Assembly (NCBI GenBank): GCA_963845145.1
Contig: CAWJQU010000003.1
Span: forward strand, 192,001 to 256,000
Origin: an uncultured delta proteobacterium
Lineage (GTDB): Bacteria > Desulfobacterota > Desulfobacteria > Desulfobacterales > QNYZ01
Length of the DNA stretch: 64,000 nucleotides
Direction: 5' to 3'
A program made the position numbers and the translations under genes. The notes below the pieces were generated by a model. That model searched no databases. It was not told the DNA's origin and worked only from the letters and a program-made list of their open reading frames with translations. This document shows, piece after piece, positions 29,954-40,956 of this stretch. Each line of letters starts with the position of its first letter. Positions within the stretch are counted from its first letter, which is position 1.

Positions 29954-31561
29954 TTATTGTATACCGCTCTCCATGGCCGCCTTGGCCGTTTCCAAAATGC
30001 CTTCGGGAAAACCGATAATATTGTAAATACCCAGGAAGCCGACGACCCAGACAACGATCATGCATAACACCCATAAGAAAAAGCCGTACTTCACAAAATC
30101 CATGGGGTGAATCATTTTCTCGCCGGTATCGGGATATACCCCCAACCCGTAAACAATGGCATTATTGGGCGTACCCACGATGAGAAAATGGGCAAAGGAT
30201 GTCGCAAAAGCAACACCTAGACCAACAGCCCAGGGTTCACCGGGAACGCCCGTCATGATCCCCATGGGAATAACGATGGGCCCCAGCAGCGCCGTCGTTC
30301 CAGCATCGGACATGAAATTGGTCATCAGACCGGACAACCCGGACAGGCCGACCCAGAAGCCGAACCCTTCGCTCATACCCACACCGCTTAAAATCGCGAG
30401 AAAGCTTTGGGCCAACCACATGGCGGCACCGCTCTCCTTTAGCAATGCGCCCAGGGTCAGGGCACCACAATACATGAGCCATGCATCCCAGGAGATACCG
30501 TTTAGGATCTTTTTCCACTCTGTTGTTTTAAACACCACCGGGATGAGAAGGGCCAGCAGAGCAGGTCCGCCCAAACCGAGCTCTTCGCCGCCCACAATCC
30601 AGAGAATCAGGATCAAAATCAGCATGCCAAAGGTGACGTACTCGGCATAGGTCATTTTACCCATTCTCTGGGTTTCTTCTTTGATGGCGGCCAGCCCCGG
30701 TGTGAGATCCCTGGTTTTGATCTTACGGCTGAAAAACACCAGCATGTAAACGGCCACCAGGAGGCCCAGGACCGGCACGATCGGCAGGCCGTATTTCATC
30801 CAGGTGAAGAAATCCATGGGTACATTGTATTCACTCCAGAAACCCATCATGATCACATTACGTCCGCCTGCCGCCGGTGAGCCGACCCCCCCGACATTTA
30901 GCGCAAAACAAAGGGTAAACATGAGAAATTTGGCCAATGCGGGATCGTGCACCAGTTGACCGGGAGGACTGCTGGCCCGCACGGAACCAAAATAAACGGC
31001 CGCCATAACGGGCGTCATAAAAGCGCACATGGCATGTGCGGAGATAAAAGACCCCACCACCGACATACTGATGCACAGAACAAAAACCGGCACCAGAAAC
31101 CCCTTGGTCCACCCCAGCAGCCAGGCGGCCAGGCGCTTGTGCAGCCCGACATCCACCACGGCCACGCCCATGGCCAAAACCCCCAGCAAAAACATGGGTG
31201 CATCACCGGCAAACGTTTTTCCAATCATTGGCCGGGGTAAGAGATGTAAGAAATAGGCCAGCATCGGCATCAGCAGACCGGTAAGACCAATAGGAATCGC
31301 TTCTGTGGCGAAAAAAATGACCGCCATGGGGATAATGCCCAAAACAATCATGGTTTTGTGAGCGGCCTGTTCCGGGGTGTGCGCCACCTCCCATTCAATC
31401 ATCTTTTCGACAAAGCCGAATTTCTCAACGGTGGCGATTACGCTCTGTGGTGTCGGAAGAATAAAGCCGACCAAGATAAAAATCGCTACGCCAACGCCTA
31501 GCCATAAACCTTTTTTGGCCAGGATACCGCCTCCGCCATCATGTTCAATTTCATGACTCAT
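29954..31561 (-). CDS. SLC13/DASS family anion transporter
   Basis: TEAIPIGLTG, GLHKRLA, NVGGVGSPAAGGRN, GTPNNAIVYG; many TM helices. Confidence 0.88.
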   Translation of the reverse strand: MSHEIEHDGGGGILAKKGLWLGVGVAIFILVGFILPTPQSVIATVEKFGFVEKMIEWEVAHTPEQAAHKTMIVLGIIPMAVIFFATEAIPIGLTGLLMPMLAYFLHLLPRPMIGKTFAGDAPMFLLGVLAMGVAVVDVGLHKRLAAWLLGWTKGFLVPVFVLCISMSVVGSFISAHAMCAFMTPVMAAVYFGSVRASSPPGQLVHDPALAKFLMFTLCFALNVGGVGSPAAGGRNVIMMGFWSEYNVPMDFFTWMKYGLPIVPVLGLLVAVYMLVFFSRKIKTRDLTPGLAAIKEETQRMGKMTYAEYVTFGMLILILILWIVGGEELGLGGPALLALLIPVVFKTTEWKKILNGISWDAWLMYCGALTLGALLKESGAAMWLAQSFLAILSGVGMSEGFGFWVGLSGLSGLMTNFMSDAGTTALLGPIVIPMGIMTGVPGEPWAVGLGVAFATSFAHFLIVGTPNNAIVYGLGVYPDTGEKMIHPMDFVKYGFFLWVLCMIVVWVVGFLGIYNIIGFPEGILETAKAAMESGIQ

Positions 31562-31621
31562 CTTTTACCGCCCTCCTCTGTTTTCTACTTTTTCCAATTA
31601 AAATAAATATGATATTAATGA

Positions 31622-31652
31622 TGCCTCAATCTAAAACTGCTTGATTGAGGCA
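31622..31652. promoter_or_regulatory. Inverted repeat upstream of the DASS gene
   Basis: TGCCTCAATC-11 nt-GATTGAGGCA about 60 nt upstream of the start; operator or leader hairpin. Confidence 0.45.
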
Positions 31653-31904
31653 ATTTTTAATGGATGCAAGCAAACAGATTGACCGCCACGATAACCGTTA
31701 AAATACGACGGCCAAGAGGCCGATTTCTACCAAATATTTTGGATGAGTGCAATAAAATATATTGACTATAAGAGTAAAAGTCCTTATTAAAAATAAGATA
31801 GGGGTGGGAGGATAATACCCACACGTATTCTGAGTGAATCGAAAAAAAGATACCGATTTCACCTTATTTTTCAATTTTTTTGACGACATTGATGGAGAGT
31901 AGTA

Positions 31905-32333
31905 ATGGGCGAAAGAATACTGCTGGTTGATGATGAGCAAGATTTTCTGGATATCATGTCTGAGCGTATGCGCAGTCGCGGTATGGAGGTTGTTACGGCC
32001 AGCTCGGCCAAGGAAGCCTTGGAAAAAATTGAAACTGAAATATTTGATGCCATTATTCTTGATTTCATGATGCCGGAAATGGACGGTCTTGAAACCATCA
32101 AAGCGATTAAGTCAAAAAAAGATGAACTTCAGGTGATCCTCCTGTCCGGCCAGGCAACCCTTGAAAAAGGGGTCGAAGCCATGAAGCTGGGGGCTCTGGA
32201 TGTCGTGGAGAAACCGGCCGACATGGAAACACTCGTAAGAAAAATAAAAAATGCCGAATCAAAACGAGCGCTTATCGTCGACAAGAAGACCCAGGAAAAT
32301 GTTAAGGAAATGCTCAAACGCTATGGCGTATAG
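31905..32333 (+). CDS. Stand-alone response regulator receiver protein
   Basis: ILLVDDE, ILDFMMPEMDG, LSGQ, EKP. Confidence 0.92.
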   Translation: MGERILLVDDEQDFLDIMSERMRSRGMEVVTASSAKEALEKIETEIFDAIILDFMMPEMDGLETIKAIKSKKDELQVILLSGQATLEKGVEAMKLGALDVVEKPADMETLVRKIKNAESKRALIVDKKTQENVKEMLKRYGV

Positions 32334-32349
32334 GGTAACCGTAATCAAA

Positions 32350-33000
32350 TAAAAATCCACCCCCAGAGGGGGTGGTATTAAGTTTACCCCTATAAGGGGG
32401 TAAGCCTGTCTCTTGCCCCCTGAGGAGGCGAGATTAATTGTCCCCAATTTTGGCGATGCTTATTTTTCTATCTTTTTCTCTTGTGCTTCTTGGTACTTAA
32501 CATATTTCCGTATTCTATCGGCATCAAGGCCAACTGTATCAACACAGTAACCTCTGGCCCAAAAATGATTACCCCAATAGGGCTTTTTCTTTAAATTGCG
32601 AAATCGATTGAATACACGTATTGCCGTACGTCCCTTGACGATGCCCATATAGTCAGATATCGAAACTTTCGGCGGTACCATTACCACTAAGTGGACATGG
32701 TCAATCTGGACATTTAACTCAACGATTTCGCAATCTTTTTGTTCGCTAAACATCCTTATACCGTTTGTAACTTCTGTAGCGACAGCACCTTCGAGAATTC
32801 TCAAACGATATTTGGGCGTCCAAACCATATGATACTGGCAATGCCAAATTGTATGTGATAACTTTCTGAATCGGCTCATTTTTTACTCCTTTCCTATTAG
32901 TTGTGGGGACAACTATAAGATGAAGTAACTTATGAGCCGACTCTGTTCAACCGGCAGAGCCGTTGAACTCTGACCACCCCCCAAGGGGGTGGTTTTCTAT
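32350..33000 (-). mobile_element. IS200-type insertion sequence (tnpA only)
   Basis: Matching subterminal hairpins CCACCCCC-AGA-GGGGGTGG (about 32357-32375) and CCACCCCC-CAA-GGGGGTGG (about 32974-32992) flank tnpA; no tnpB. Exact ends approximate. Confidence 0.88.
32460..32879 (-). CDS. tnpA: IS200/IS605 family Y1 transposase
   Basis: YHMVWTPKYR, HUH motif DHVHL, KGRT, FWARGY, catalytic YVKYQ. Confidence 0.96.
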   Translation of the reverse strand: MSRFRKLSHTIWHCQYHMVWTPKYRLRILEGAVATEVTNGIRMFSEQKDCEIVELNVQIDHVHLVVMVPPKVSISDYMGIVKGRTAIRVFNRFRNLKKKPYWGNHFWARGYCVDTVGLDADRIRKYVKYQEAQEKKIEK

Positions 33001-33123
33001 GATAGAAATAAAATGATCGTCTGTTTGGATTAGAAAAGCCGCAAATATTCGTTTTACCCGATGTTCGTCACTCACGAAACGGTATGAATCCAACCGTCAT
33101 CAGCAGCTTTGCTGAAGCAAAAA

Positions 33124-33151
33124 ATGAAACCGGCGCCATAATCGGCGCCGG
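33124..33151 (-). terminator. Rho-independent terminator of the CBS gene
   Basis: Minus strand CCGGCGCC-GATTAT-GGCGCCGG followed by TTTCATTTTTT. Confidence 0.65.
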
Positions 33152-33252
33152 CATAAGCCAACCACTCATTACACCTTTTTTAAAATTCAGTTAGGGCCAT
33201 TTCTCAAAAATGTGACAGATTAAATGCCCCATGGGAGCAAAACAACTACGTG

Positions 33253-33816
33253 TTATCCATTTTCAATTTCACAGGTCTTGGCAAATTCGCAAAATTGGGC
33301 GAACACGTCGGTTAAACGTAAAATGCCGATGGTCTTGTCCCCTTTTTTCACAAGCAGGGATTGGTATTTGCCCAATACCATCATATGAATGGCATGATCC
33401 AGGGCCTCATTTTCATCAATGTATTCGCCCGATGTTGGCTTATACATAAAATATTTTACTTTTCTTCGGGCCGCCTTCACACAGATATCTTTGAGCGGTT
33501 GGTCCCATAAAGAATAATTATTGACCATCGCCTTTAAAAACTCCGGATTCAGGCCGGAACGGGAGATGCCCTCGATATCACCGATCTGTTCATATTTTGG
33601 CTCCAAGGCACTCAAAATACTCATCATATCGACTTTTCCCACCACATCACCCTCGCCATCCAGAATTAAAATCGCACGATGCCGATAACGGTTTGAATTA
33701 AACGTTTCATGGGATGCCTCCAATGCCAAAACAGCATCATACAGATCGGCATCCTGGGAAACAGTGGCATAATCCGACAACGGAACCATCATCTCTTTTA
33801 CCTTGATCAACTTCAA
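33253..33816 (-). CDS. CBS-domain protein
   Basis: VKEMMVPLSDYATV, AILILD..G.VVGKV, SLLVKKGDKTIGILRLTDVF; TTG start at 33816 after AAGGAGG. Confidence 0.85.
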   Translation of the reverse strand: MKLIKVKEMMVPLSDYATVSQDADLYDAVLALEASHETFNSNRYRHRAILILDGEGDVVGKVDMMSILSALEPKYEQIGDIEGISRSGLNPEFLKAMVNNYSLWDQPLKDICVKAARRKVKYFMYKPTSGEYIDENEALDHAIHMMVLGKYQSLLVKKGDKTIGILRLTDVFAQFCEFAKTCEIENG

Positions 33817-33986
33817 CGTTCCTCCTTTGGTTTCATGTGATGGGCAAAATCCGGGATTCATCTAATAAAATCCGGGTCGCACTATACAATCTTGGCCTTT
33901 AATACAGACTACTATTCATTTAGTAGTTAAATATAATGTTCAATAGATCTGAAATCAAGTAAAGGCATTTGGAGAATATGCAGCAT

Positions 33987-34211
33987 TTAGCGTCGTTTAA
34001 TTTCGGAAAGGAGATCATCCGTCATCTCTTTTAAAATCGTTAGCACATTTCGACCCCGCTTCCCCGCTATTTGGTGCGCTTCTGTGACCATCTGGGCTGC
34101 CTGGACACTCAACGTGATATCATCTGGTGCCTCAAGGCCTTGTTTTTCGTATTGCCGGCGAATAAAACGCTCGGCCAATCGCTCTTGTTGCTTTCGGAAA
34201 AAACCGATCAT
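33987..34211 (-). CDS. Small hypothetical protein
   Basis: 74 aa; its ATG overlaps the repaired holA stop (ATGA), suggesting translational coupling. Confidence 0.7.
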   Translation of the reverse strand: MIGFFRKQQERLAERFIRRQYEKQGLEAPDDITLSVQAAQMVTEAHQIAGKRGRNVLTILKEMTDDLLSEIKRR

Positions 34212-35703
34212 AACGCTTCTGTTTTGGGGCTGTGACAGATTCGAATGACTAGGCGGCTCAACACCAGTTCCGGGTTTTTTTCGCCGCTTTTAAGCCGTCG
34301 GTCCGCCTCGTAAAGGGCTTTGAGGATGTCGGTTAATTCCTTTAAACTGAATTGGCAGGCATTCCCGATGAGTTTGTAGACGGGATAGGGGTTGGCGTTT
34401 CCAGCAGCCAGGTAAAGTCGCGTGGCCGGCGGTTTCGGACCCTTTTTTTTCTACCTTTTGGTGGGGGTTTGTCTTTATCCTGAGGCATGGGCTCTTCAAA
34501 GGCTCTTTTCCAGTCGGACAACATTTGGGACAATTCATCGTCGTAAGAATGAATCGCGGGCATCACACGCCGCTTGAAATCATTAAACCCTATTTTCACG
34601 TTCCAGGCCCGGCCATGTGAACTCGCGATGAAATCTCTGGCGATGATCAACTTGCGAACCTGATTGGATAACGCCGCAATGATTTGCAATGGATGCAGAT
34701 CCTGAGCCTGCATTGTCTTAAGATAAAAAAGGGCATTCCCCAGGTCCCGTTCACTGATCGCTCCGGTTAATTCGAAAACCGGGTCTACCCGCGAACGGTT
34801 TAAAACCGTTTCAACATCCGCCGGTCCGATCTGTTTGCGCTTCCCCACATAATCGACCAGCTTTTCCAGATTCCCGCAAAAAACCCGCAGCTGAAAACCG
34901 GTTTTTGCATACAATGCCTGAAAAGCAATCGGGTCCATCTGCTTGCCATGATCTTTTAAGATTGCGGCCATGCGCTCTTTTAACACAGAGGTTTGAATGT
35001 CTTTTTCCGCTTTTCGTGAGCCTTGAGGAACAACACAGTCAACCACGATCCCATTGGCCTCAATCACCTTATACAATCGACGACGACGGTCGATTAAATC
35101 AGTGTTAATGATCAGATGATGGTTTTCGGGAAATCCTTGCGAGATAGCATCTTCCATCATTTGGGCAGGCGCCTTGTTTTGGGGTACGGTCAGACCGTTT
35201 TGACGACAATAATCCAGGACCGGATTGAGCCAGCCGCCATCATCTTCAGCGCTTAATTTCAACAGCTGCCGCCGGGATTTCCCTGTCACGCTATCCCCCG
35301 TGACATCGTCCAAAGAAAGATTTAACGCGGAGAGCAGACGGATAAATTGCGGCCCGGCCTTTTTAAGGTCATCATCACCAATGGCCGTTTGGACTTTTAA
35401 TATCAGATTCGATGTGGTTTTAGGCGAATCAAATACCCGACAGTCGAGCATGGCCACAACTTTTGATCCGGCAATAAACGAGTAGGTGTTGATTTTTTCC
35501 AAGGCGACCACAACCTGATTGTCCGCATGTCCCACCGGTTCATAATTCATTCGATCCTTGGGGTCGGGCAGCAAGGCCGCTAGAATGGCATCCAAAGCCT
35601 GGGTGCATAAAAATTCTTCACCATGAACAAGCCAAAGGGAATTCAATGGTTTATCGGTGTTTCGAAGATGCTGGTTTAGTTTTTGAAAACCGATGACAGG
35701 CAT
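34208..35703 (-). CDS. holA: DNA polymerase III delta subunit, frameshifted at an A8 run (34443-34450)
   Basis: WLVHGEEFL, NLEKLVDYVG...I...DV, VFELTGAI, HPLQII. The HolA-like C-terminus (NPYPVYKL...DRRLKSGEKNPELVLSRLVIRIC) lies in the -1 frame and ends at TGA 34208-34210. Confidence 0.85.
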
Positions 35704-35714
35704 GGATTCTAAAG

Positions 35715-36233
35715 CTATCGCCAGTTGTCCGGCATTTTGCTAAAGACAAGATGGGCAATAAAAATGATGACCCCGACGGTAATGGCGCTGTCGGCCACGT
35801 TAAAGCTCGGCCACTGATACTTGCCAATATAAAATTTTAGAAAATCGACCACCTCTCCATATCGAATACGATCAATCAGGTTGCCGATGGCGCCGCCGAA
35901 AATTAGAGCAAGACCAAAAGAGAGCCATGCATGCGAACGTGGAATGGATCGGTAGAGCAAAAGAATCATAACAATGGCGACCGATGTCAGCACTAAGAAA
36001 AAGAACTGTCGCAGCCATTCGCTTTTGTGAGCAAAAAAACCGAAGGCGCCCCCCGGGTTGTGAACATGGGTTAAATCGAAAAATCCGGGGATGATGGGAA
36101 CCGAATCAAATAACGGAATATGTGACCATACGGCTGCTTTCGACACCTGATCAAGCAGTACCACAAGCCCGGCAAAAACAAACAACCGGATGTAGCGCCC
36201 CTTTTGGAAAGGGATGGCCGCCGCCTTACCCAT
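35715..36233 (-). CDS. lspA: Lipoprotein signal peptidase II
   Basis: LDQVSK, NPGGAFG, GGAIGNLIDR, VVDF, FNVADSAI; follows ileS. Confidence 0.96.
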   Translation of the reverse strand: MGKAAAIPFQKGRYIRLFVFAGLVVLLDQVSKAAVWSHIPLFDSVPIIPGFFDLTHVHNPGGAFGFFAHKSEWLRQFFFLVLTSVAIVMILLLYRSIPRSHAWLSFGLALIFGGAIGNLIDRIRYGEVVDFLKFYIGKYQWPSFNVADSAITVGVIIFIAHLVFSKMPDNWR

Positions 36234-36267
36234 TCGATTCCTCACACTGATTATTATTCATCGGTAA

Positions 36268-39069
36268 TCAGGAGGCCAGTTCAGCCACAGCTTTACCACA
36301 TCGATGACAAATCGTCGGATGGTCCGAAATTGATCCCACGCTGGGCTCACGGATCCAACAGCGGTCACATTTTTCTCCTTGGGCCGACATCACCTGAACG
36401 AACAACCCCTCCACGTTCGGGCTCGAATAGGCATCCGGTGTTGGTTCAGCTGTACTCAATTCAGCCTGAGAAGTAATAAAGACCGTCTTTAATTCATCGG
36501 CATACGGAAGCAGTTCGCGGTGAAGGTCGTCCGGGGCCGAAATCACGATCCGGGCATCCAGGGGGTGTCCGATCTTCTTTTCCGCCCTGGCAATCTCAAG
36601 CGCCTTGGCCACTTCTTCCCGTACCATTAAAATCCTTTGCCATTTTTCGGCCAACTCCGAATCGGTCCAATCAGGATTGCCCTGAGGAAACAATTCGTTA
36701 TGAATGCTGGTGGTTTTATCCCGGTTTGCGGGCAAATAACGCCAGATCTCTTCAGCCGTAAACACCATAATGGGTGCCATGATTCTGACCAGTGCATCCA
36801 GAATCGCATGGAGCACGGTTTGGGCGCTGCGTCGGGCTTGTGCGGCCGGTGGCGAGGTATAAAGCCTATCTTTTAAAATATCCAGATAAAATGAGGAGAG
36901 ATCCACCGTGCAATAGTTGTAAATCGCATGGTAAACACCGTGGAATTCATAGTCTTTATAGGACTGCCGGCATCGTTCGATTAAGCGGTTTAAGGTATGC
37001 AGGGCAAATCGATCCAGTTCCGGCATCTGCTCAAAAGCCACGGCATCGGCCTGGTCATCGAAATCCGAACAATTGCCGAGTATAAACCGGCATGTGTTTC
37101 TGATTTTGCGGTAGGCATCGGTCAATTGTTGCAAAATATTATCCGAGATGCGGATATCATCCCGATAATCGGTAGCCGTCACCCATAACCTCAGAATCTC
37201 GGCCCCATATTTTTTAATCACTTCACCGGGCGCCACGACATTGCCCAGGGATTTGGACATTTTTTTTCCCTTGGCATCCACCACAAACCCATGCGTAAGA
37301 ACCGCTTTGTAAGGTGCACGCCCCCGTAACCCAACAGACGTCAGCAGCGAGCTATGAAACCAACCCCGATGCTGATCACTGCCTTCCAGGTAAAGATCCG
37401 CCGGCCACTTGAGGTAATCACGGGTTTCCAGAACCGCCGCATGGCTGACCCCCGAGTCGAACCAGACGTCCAGAATATCGTTCTCTTTGACAAGGGTGTC
37501 ATGGCCACAGTGGGTACACATCGGTTGATCACCGAGCAGTTCCGTGGCTTGCGTTTCAAACCAGATATCAGCACCATGCTCCGCGAACATGCCATGAATC
37601 TTTTCCATCAAAGCTTCGGTCATATGCGGCTTGCCGCAATTGTCACAATAAAAGACGGTGATGGGCACTCCCCAGGTGCGTTGACGCGACACGCACCAGT
37701 CGGGACGATTTTCAATCATCCCGTAAATGCGGTCCTTGCCCCAATGGGGTATCCATTGTACTTTTTCGATTTCATTTAACGACTTTTGACGCAGGCCGGT
37801 TTTCTCCATGGAGATGAACCACTGGGGGGTGGCCCGATAAATCACCGGTTTCTTGCACCGCCAGCAATGGGGGTAGGAATGGGTCAGCGTCTCTTCCTTG
37901 ACCAGCGCATCGACCTCGCCAAGCTTGGCATTAATACTTGAATTGGCATCAAATACAAACTGCCCGCTGAAATATTCAACCTTTTCGGTAAAGCGTCCCT
38001 CATCATCCACCGGCGAGTAGGTGTCTATGCCGTAAGCGATACCCGATTCGTAATCCTCGCGGCCGTGCCCCGGTGCGGTGTGAACACAACCGGTACCGGC
38101 TTCCAGCGTGACATGACCGCCCAGGATGATCAGCGAATCCCGTTCATAAAAAGGATGCTGACAATGCATTTTTTCCAGGTCGGTAGCCTCAATTTCGGCC
38201 AGCACCGAGTAGCCGTCCATGCCAAAGGCGTTCATGCAGGTGTCCACCAGGTCGCGCGCCATGACAAAGACATCACCGGTCGATGTTTCAACGGCAGTGT
38301 AAACAAACTGCGGATTCAGGGCGACAGCCAGATTCGCCGGCAAAGTCCAGGGGGTGGTGGTCCAGATAACCAAAAACACTTTTTTCCCCGCTAAAGCCGG
38401 AATTTTATCACCGATGTCATCTTTTAAGGCAAATTTGACATAGATGCTAGGGGTTGTTGCGTCATGGTATTCGATTTCCGCTTCGGCCAACGCAGTCTGG
38501 CAGCTGGAACACCAATAAATCGGTTTTTCACTGCGGTAGAGGCTCCCTTCCAAAGCAAATTTACAACATTCCGCGGCGATGACGGCCTCATATGAATAAT
38601 TCATTGTCAAATAGGGACGCTCCCATTCCCCCATGACACCCAGGCGTTTGAACTCTTTGCGCTGAATATCGATAAACTTCTCCGCGTAAGTCCGGCAGCG
38701 TTTACGGACCTGGGCCTGGGTCATGCCCTTTTTCTTCTCTTTCAGTTCCTTGTCGACATTATGCTCAATGGGCAACCCGTGGCAGTCCCATCCGGGCACA
38801 TAGACCGCATCGTATCCTTCCATCTGGCGGGAACGAACGATTATGTCTTTTAAAATTTTGTTTAAGGCCGTGCCGATGTGGATGTTGCCGTTGGCATACG
38901 GAGGGCCGTCATGCAAAATAAACCGCTCTTTTTCGACGGAATCCGCTCTTATCGTCTCATAAAGATGGGTAGACTCCCAGGCCTTCAGCTGCTCTGGTTC
39001 ACGCTGGGATAGATTGGCCTTCATGGGGAACTTGGTTGAGGGCAGGTTCAAGGTTTTCTTATAGTTCAT
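36268..39069 (-). CDS. ileS: Isoleucine--tRNA ligase
   Basis: [41 protein letters not shown]-terminal zinc finger. Confidence 0.98.
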   Translation of the reverse strand: MNYKKTLNLPSTKFPMKANLSQREPEQLKAWESTHLYETIRADSVEKERFILHDGPPYANGNIHIGTALNKILKDIIVRSRQMEGYDAVYVPGWDCHGLPIEHNVDKELKEKKKGMTQAQVRKRCRTYAEKFIDIQRKEFKRLGVMGEWERPYLTMNYSYEAVIAAECCKFALEGSLYRSEKPIYWCSSCQTALAEAEIEYHDATTPSIYVKFALKDDIGDKIPALAGKKVFLVIWTTTPWTLPANLAVALNPQFVYTAVETSTGDVFVMARDLVDTCMNAFGMDGYSVLAEIEATDLEKMHCQHPFYERDSLIILGGHVTLEAGTGCVHTAPGHGREDYESGIAYGIDTYSPVDDEGRFTEKVEYFSGQFVFDANSSINAKLGEVDALVKEETLTHSYPHCWRCKKPVIYRATPQWFISMEKTGLRQKSLNEIEKVQWIPHWGKDRIYGMIENRPDWCVSRQRTWGVPITVFYCDNCGKPHMTEALMEKIHGMFAEHGADIWFETQATELLGDQPMCTHCGHDTLVKENDILDVWFDSGVSHAAVLETRDYLKWPADLYLEGSDQHRGWFHSSLLTSVGLRGRAPYKAVLTHGFVVDAKGKKMSKSLGNVVAPGEVIKKYGAEILRLWVTATDYRDDIRISDNILQQLTDAYRKIRNTCRFILGNCSDFDDQADAVAFEQMPELDRFALHTLNRLIERCRQSYKDYEFHGVYHAIYNYCTVDLSSFYLDILKDRLYTSPPAAQARRSAQTVLHAILDALVRIMAPIMVFTAEEIWRYLPANRDKTTSIHNELFPQGNPDWTDSELAEKWQRILMVREEVAKALEIARAEKKIGHPLDARIVISAPDDLHRELLPYADELKTVFITSQAELSTAEPTPDAYSSPNVEGLFVQVMSAQGEKCDRCWIREPSVGSISDHPTICHRCGKAVAELAS

Positions 39070-39174
39070 ATTTCCTCCGACGAATGGAAAGGGGACCCTC
39101 TATAGCGGCCCCCATTCGCCTGAATATTTTAATATCAGTTTGTTGTTATTTATCTATCACTTTAGCACGACGCC

Positions 39175-39808
39175 CTATTTCTCAACAAAGAAATGCGCCC
39201 GCCGATTTTTGGCCCAGGCGGATTCGCTTGAGCTAGGATCAAGGGGATTTTCTTCGCCGTAACTGATGGTTCGAATTCGACCCGTATCCACGCCCAACTC
39301 CGTTAAAAACGTGCGGACACTCTCCGCCCGGCGATCCCCCAAAGCCAAATTATAGGCACCGGTTCCGCGCTCATCCGTATGGCCTTCGATGACGACATTG
39401 GCACCGGGATTATTCCGCAACCACTCGGCTTTTTCCATCAGTAGCGACTGGCCGTCGGGAAGCAGGGCTGCGCTATCATAATCAAAAAAGATATCATCAT
39501 TTTCAAATTTTTCACGAGCCATGCGGGCTTCACTAGTCTCATTGGCACCGGCGCCACCAGCGGTGTCATCCAGTCCACCCTCGGAAACGCTCGAGCCGTC
39601 ACCGGAAGCATCCTGCCCCATCGCCCTGCCCGGTGCTCTGGGATCCGCTACCACCAGTGGCTTGGTCGCCCGAACGCTTTAATGATGGGTAATCCGATCG
39701 AATTTTCTTTGTACAAGCTCCCATAAACAGCAAGCCGATTATCGCTATGAAAATCATTGAAAATTGAATCCAGTTTCTGCCAACATTTACATGGGCATCT
39801 TGTCGCAT
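39175..39808 (-). CDS. pal: Peptidoglycan-associated lipoprotein, split by a single-base frameshift near 39616-39619
   Basis: RBS, ATG 39808 and lipobox LFMGAC in one frame; OmpA domain (IFFDYD, IEGHTDERG..YNLALGDRRA, SYGEE, KNRRA) in another. Confidence 0.88.
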
Positions 39809-39843
39809 TATTTCCCCCTTTATCGAATTTTTCTATAATCGAA

Positions 39844-40125
39844 TTATCTCTTTGATGGGTCTAAATGGGTATCTAATTGACGTAGCCGGTCCACACGATT
39901 CTGTGTGCATAATAATTCAACCCACTCTTCAAACAATAGAACCATTTGGTTCCCAAAACGTTTGCCTATTCGCATCTTCACTCGCGTCAAGGCCTCAGCA
40001 AGCTCAGGCTGATTGGGATTGTCCGCAATCAAATGGCGATAGATCGTAAGCGCTTCAGCATAGTTTCCCTGATCTTCAAGTACTTTCGCCATGGTTGCCG
40101 TGTATATGGACGATGCGTTTTCCAT
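39844..40125 (-). CDS. Small TPR-like hypothetical protein
   Basis: YTATMAKVLEDQGNYAEALTIYRHL TPR-like helix pair; coupled to the ftsB stop. Confidence 0.7.
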   Translation of the reverse strand: MENASSIYTATMAKVLEDQGNYAEALTIYRHLIADNPNQPELAEALTRVKMRIGKRFGNQMVLLFEEWVELLCTQNRVDRLRQLDTHLDPSKR

Positions 40126-40457
40126 TATTTCTCGGATTTCTTATCGTTAGCGGTGCGATGGTCAAGCGGAGGCATTTTTATAATCAATTCACCATCTCCC
40201 ACCACACCCAGTTCCTGCCGAACGATATTTTCAATGTATTGACGATCATTTTTTAGACGATAAATTTTGCGTGCCAATGCCTGATTTTCAGCAGCGAGTT
40301 CAGCATTGGCAACCTTTACCCCGACCATCTCACGATGCAATTTGAGCAGGTCCATTAAACCCCACTCGCCAAATACTCCCATCAGCAGCAGGAAAACCAG
40401 GCCGAAAGCGGCGAAAAACAACAGGAGATTACCGGATTGCCTTTTCCCCTTTTTCAT
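40125..40457 (-). CDS. ftsB: Septum formation initiator FtsB/DivIC family
   Basis: TM helix, FGEWG, coiled coil, YIENIVRQELGVV..GE. Confidence 0.85.
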   Translation of the reverse strand: MKKGKRQSGNLLLFFAAFGLVFLLLMGVFGEWGLMDLLKLHREMVGVKVANAELAAENQALARKIYRLKNDRQYIENIVRQELGVVGDGELIIKMPPLDHRTANDKKSEK

Positions 40458-40621
40458 TCGCTTGGCCCCTTAACACGTGTCATCGGTAGTTTCAATCAAT
40501 TTGCGTAAAAAACCTTGACATTGATCGTCCAAATTGTCATTTTACACGTTTAAGCAGTTTTGTATAAAGCGTGTAAATAAATTATCTCGAATTTTGAAGT
40601 CAAAAATAAGGAGAATGACCA

Positions 40622-40888
40622 TTGGCAAACCATCAGTCAGCTATTAAACGGGCCCGCCAGAATACCGTCCGTCAAAATCGTAACAAATCAGTTAAAACCA
40701 GAACAAAAAGTGCCGTAAAATCCGTTCGCGCCGCTGTTGTTGAAAATAATTCAACGTTAGCCGGCGAAAAACTGCAAATGGCCCAAAGCTTGATTCACAA
40801 GGCGGCCAAAAAAGGTGTTATTCACAAAAACACCGCATCCCGCAAAATTTCACGCCTTTCCAAACTGGTCGAGACACTTGGCGCCTAA
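40622..40888 (+). CDS. rpsT: 30S ribosomal protein S20
   Basis: MANHQSAIKRARQ...KKGVIHKNTASRKISRL; TTG start after AGGAG. Confidence 0.97.
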   Translation: MANHQSAIKRARQNTVRQNRNKSVKTRTKSAVKSVRAAVVENNSTLAGEKLQMAQSLIHKAAKKGVIHKNTASRKISRLSKLVETLGA

Positions 40889-40956
40889 GGGTGCCGGATT
40901 ACCTCCAAATTGAGCTAAATAAGTCCTGTTAACCCTTTTGAAAAATAACCGGTTGT

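Noticed and set aside
31660..31695. Possible sigma54 promoter for the DASS gene
   Set aside because: GG and GC are not at the required -24/-12 spacing.
32350..32459. Possible tnpB/omega-RNA system at the IS end
   Set aside because: No tnpB or iscB ORF; the hairpins are explained by an ordinary IS200 end.
34290..34538. 82-aa minus-strand ORF overlapping the holA end
   Set aside because: Wrong frame; the HolA-like continuation is in the third frame.
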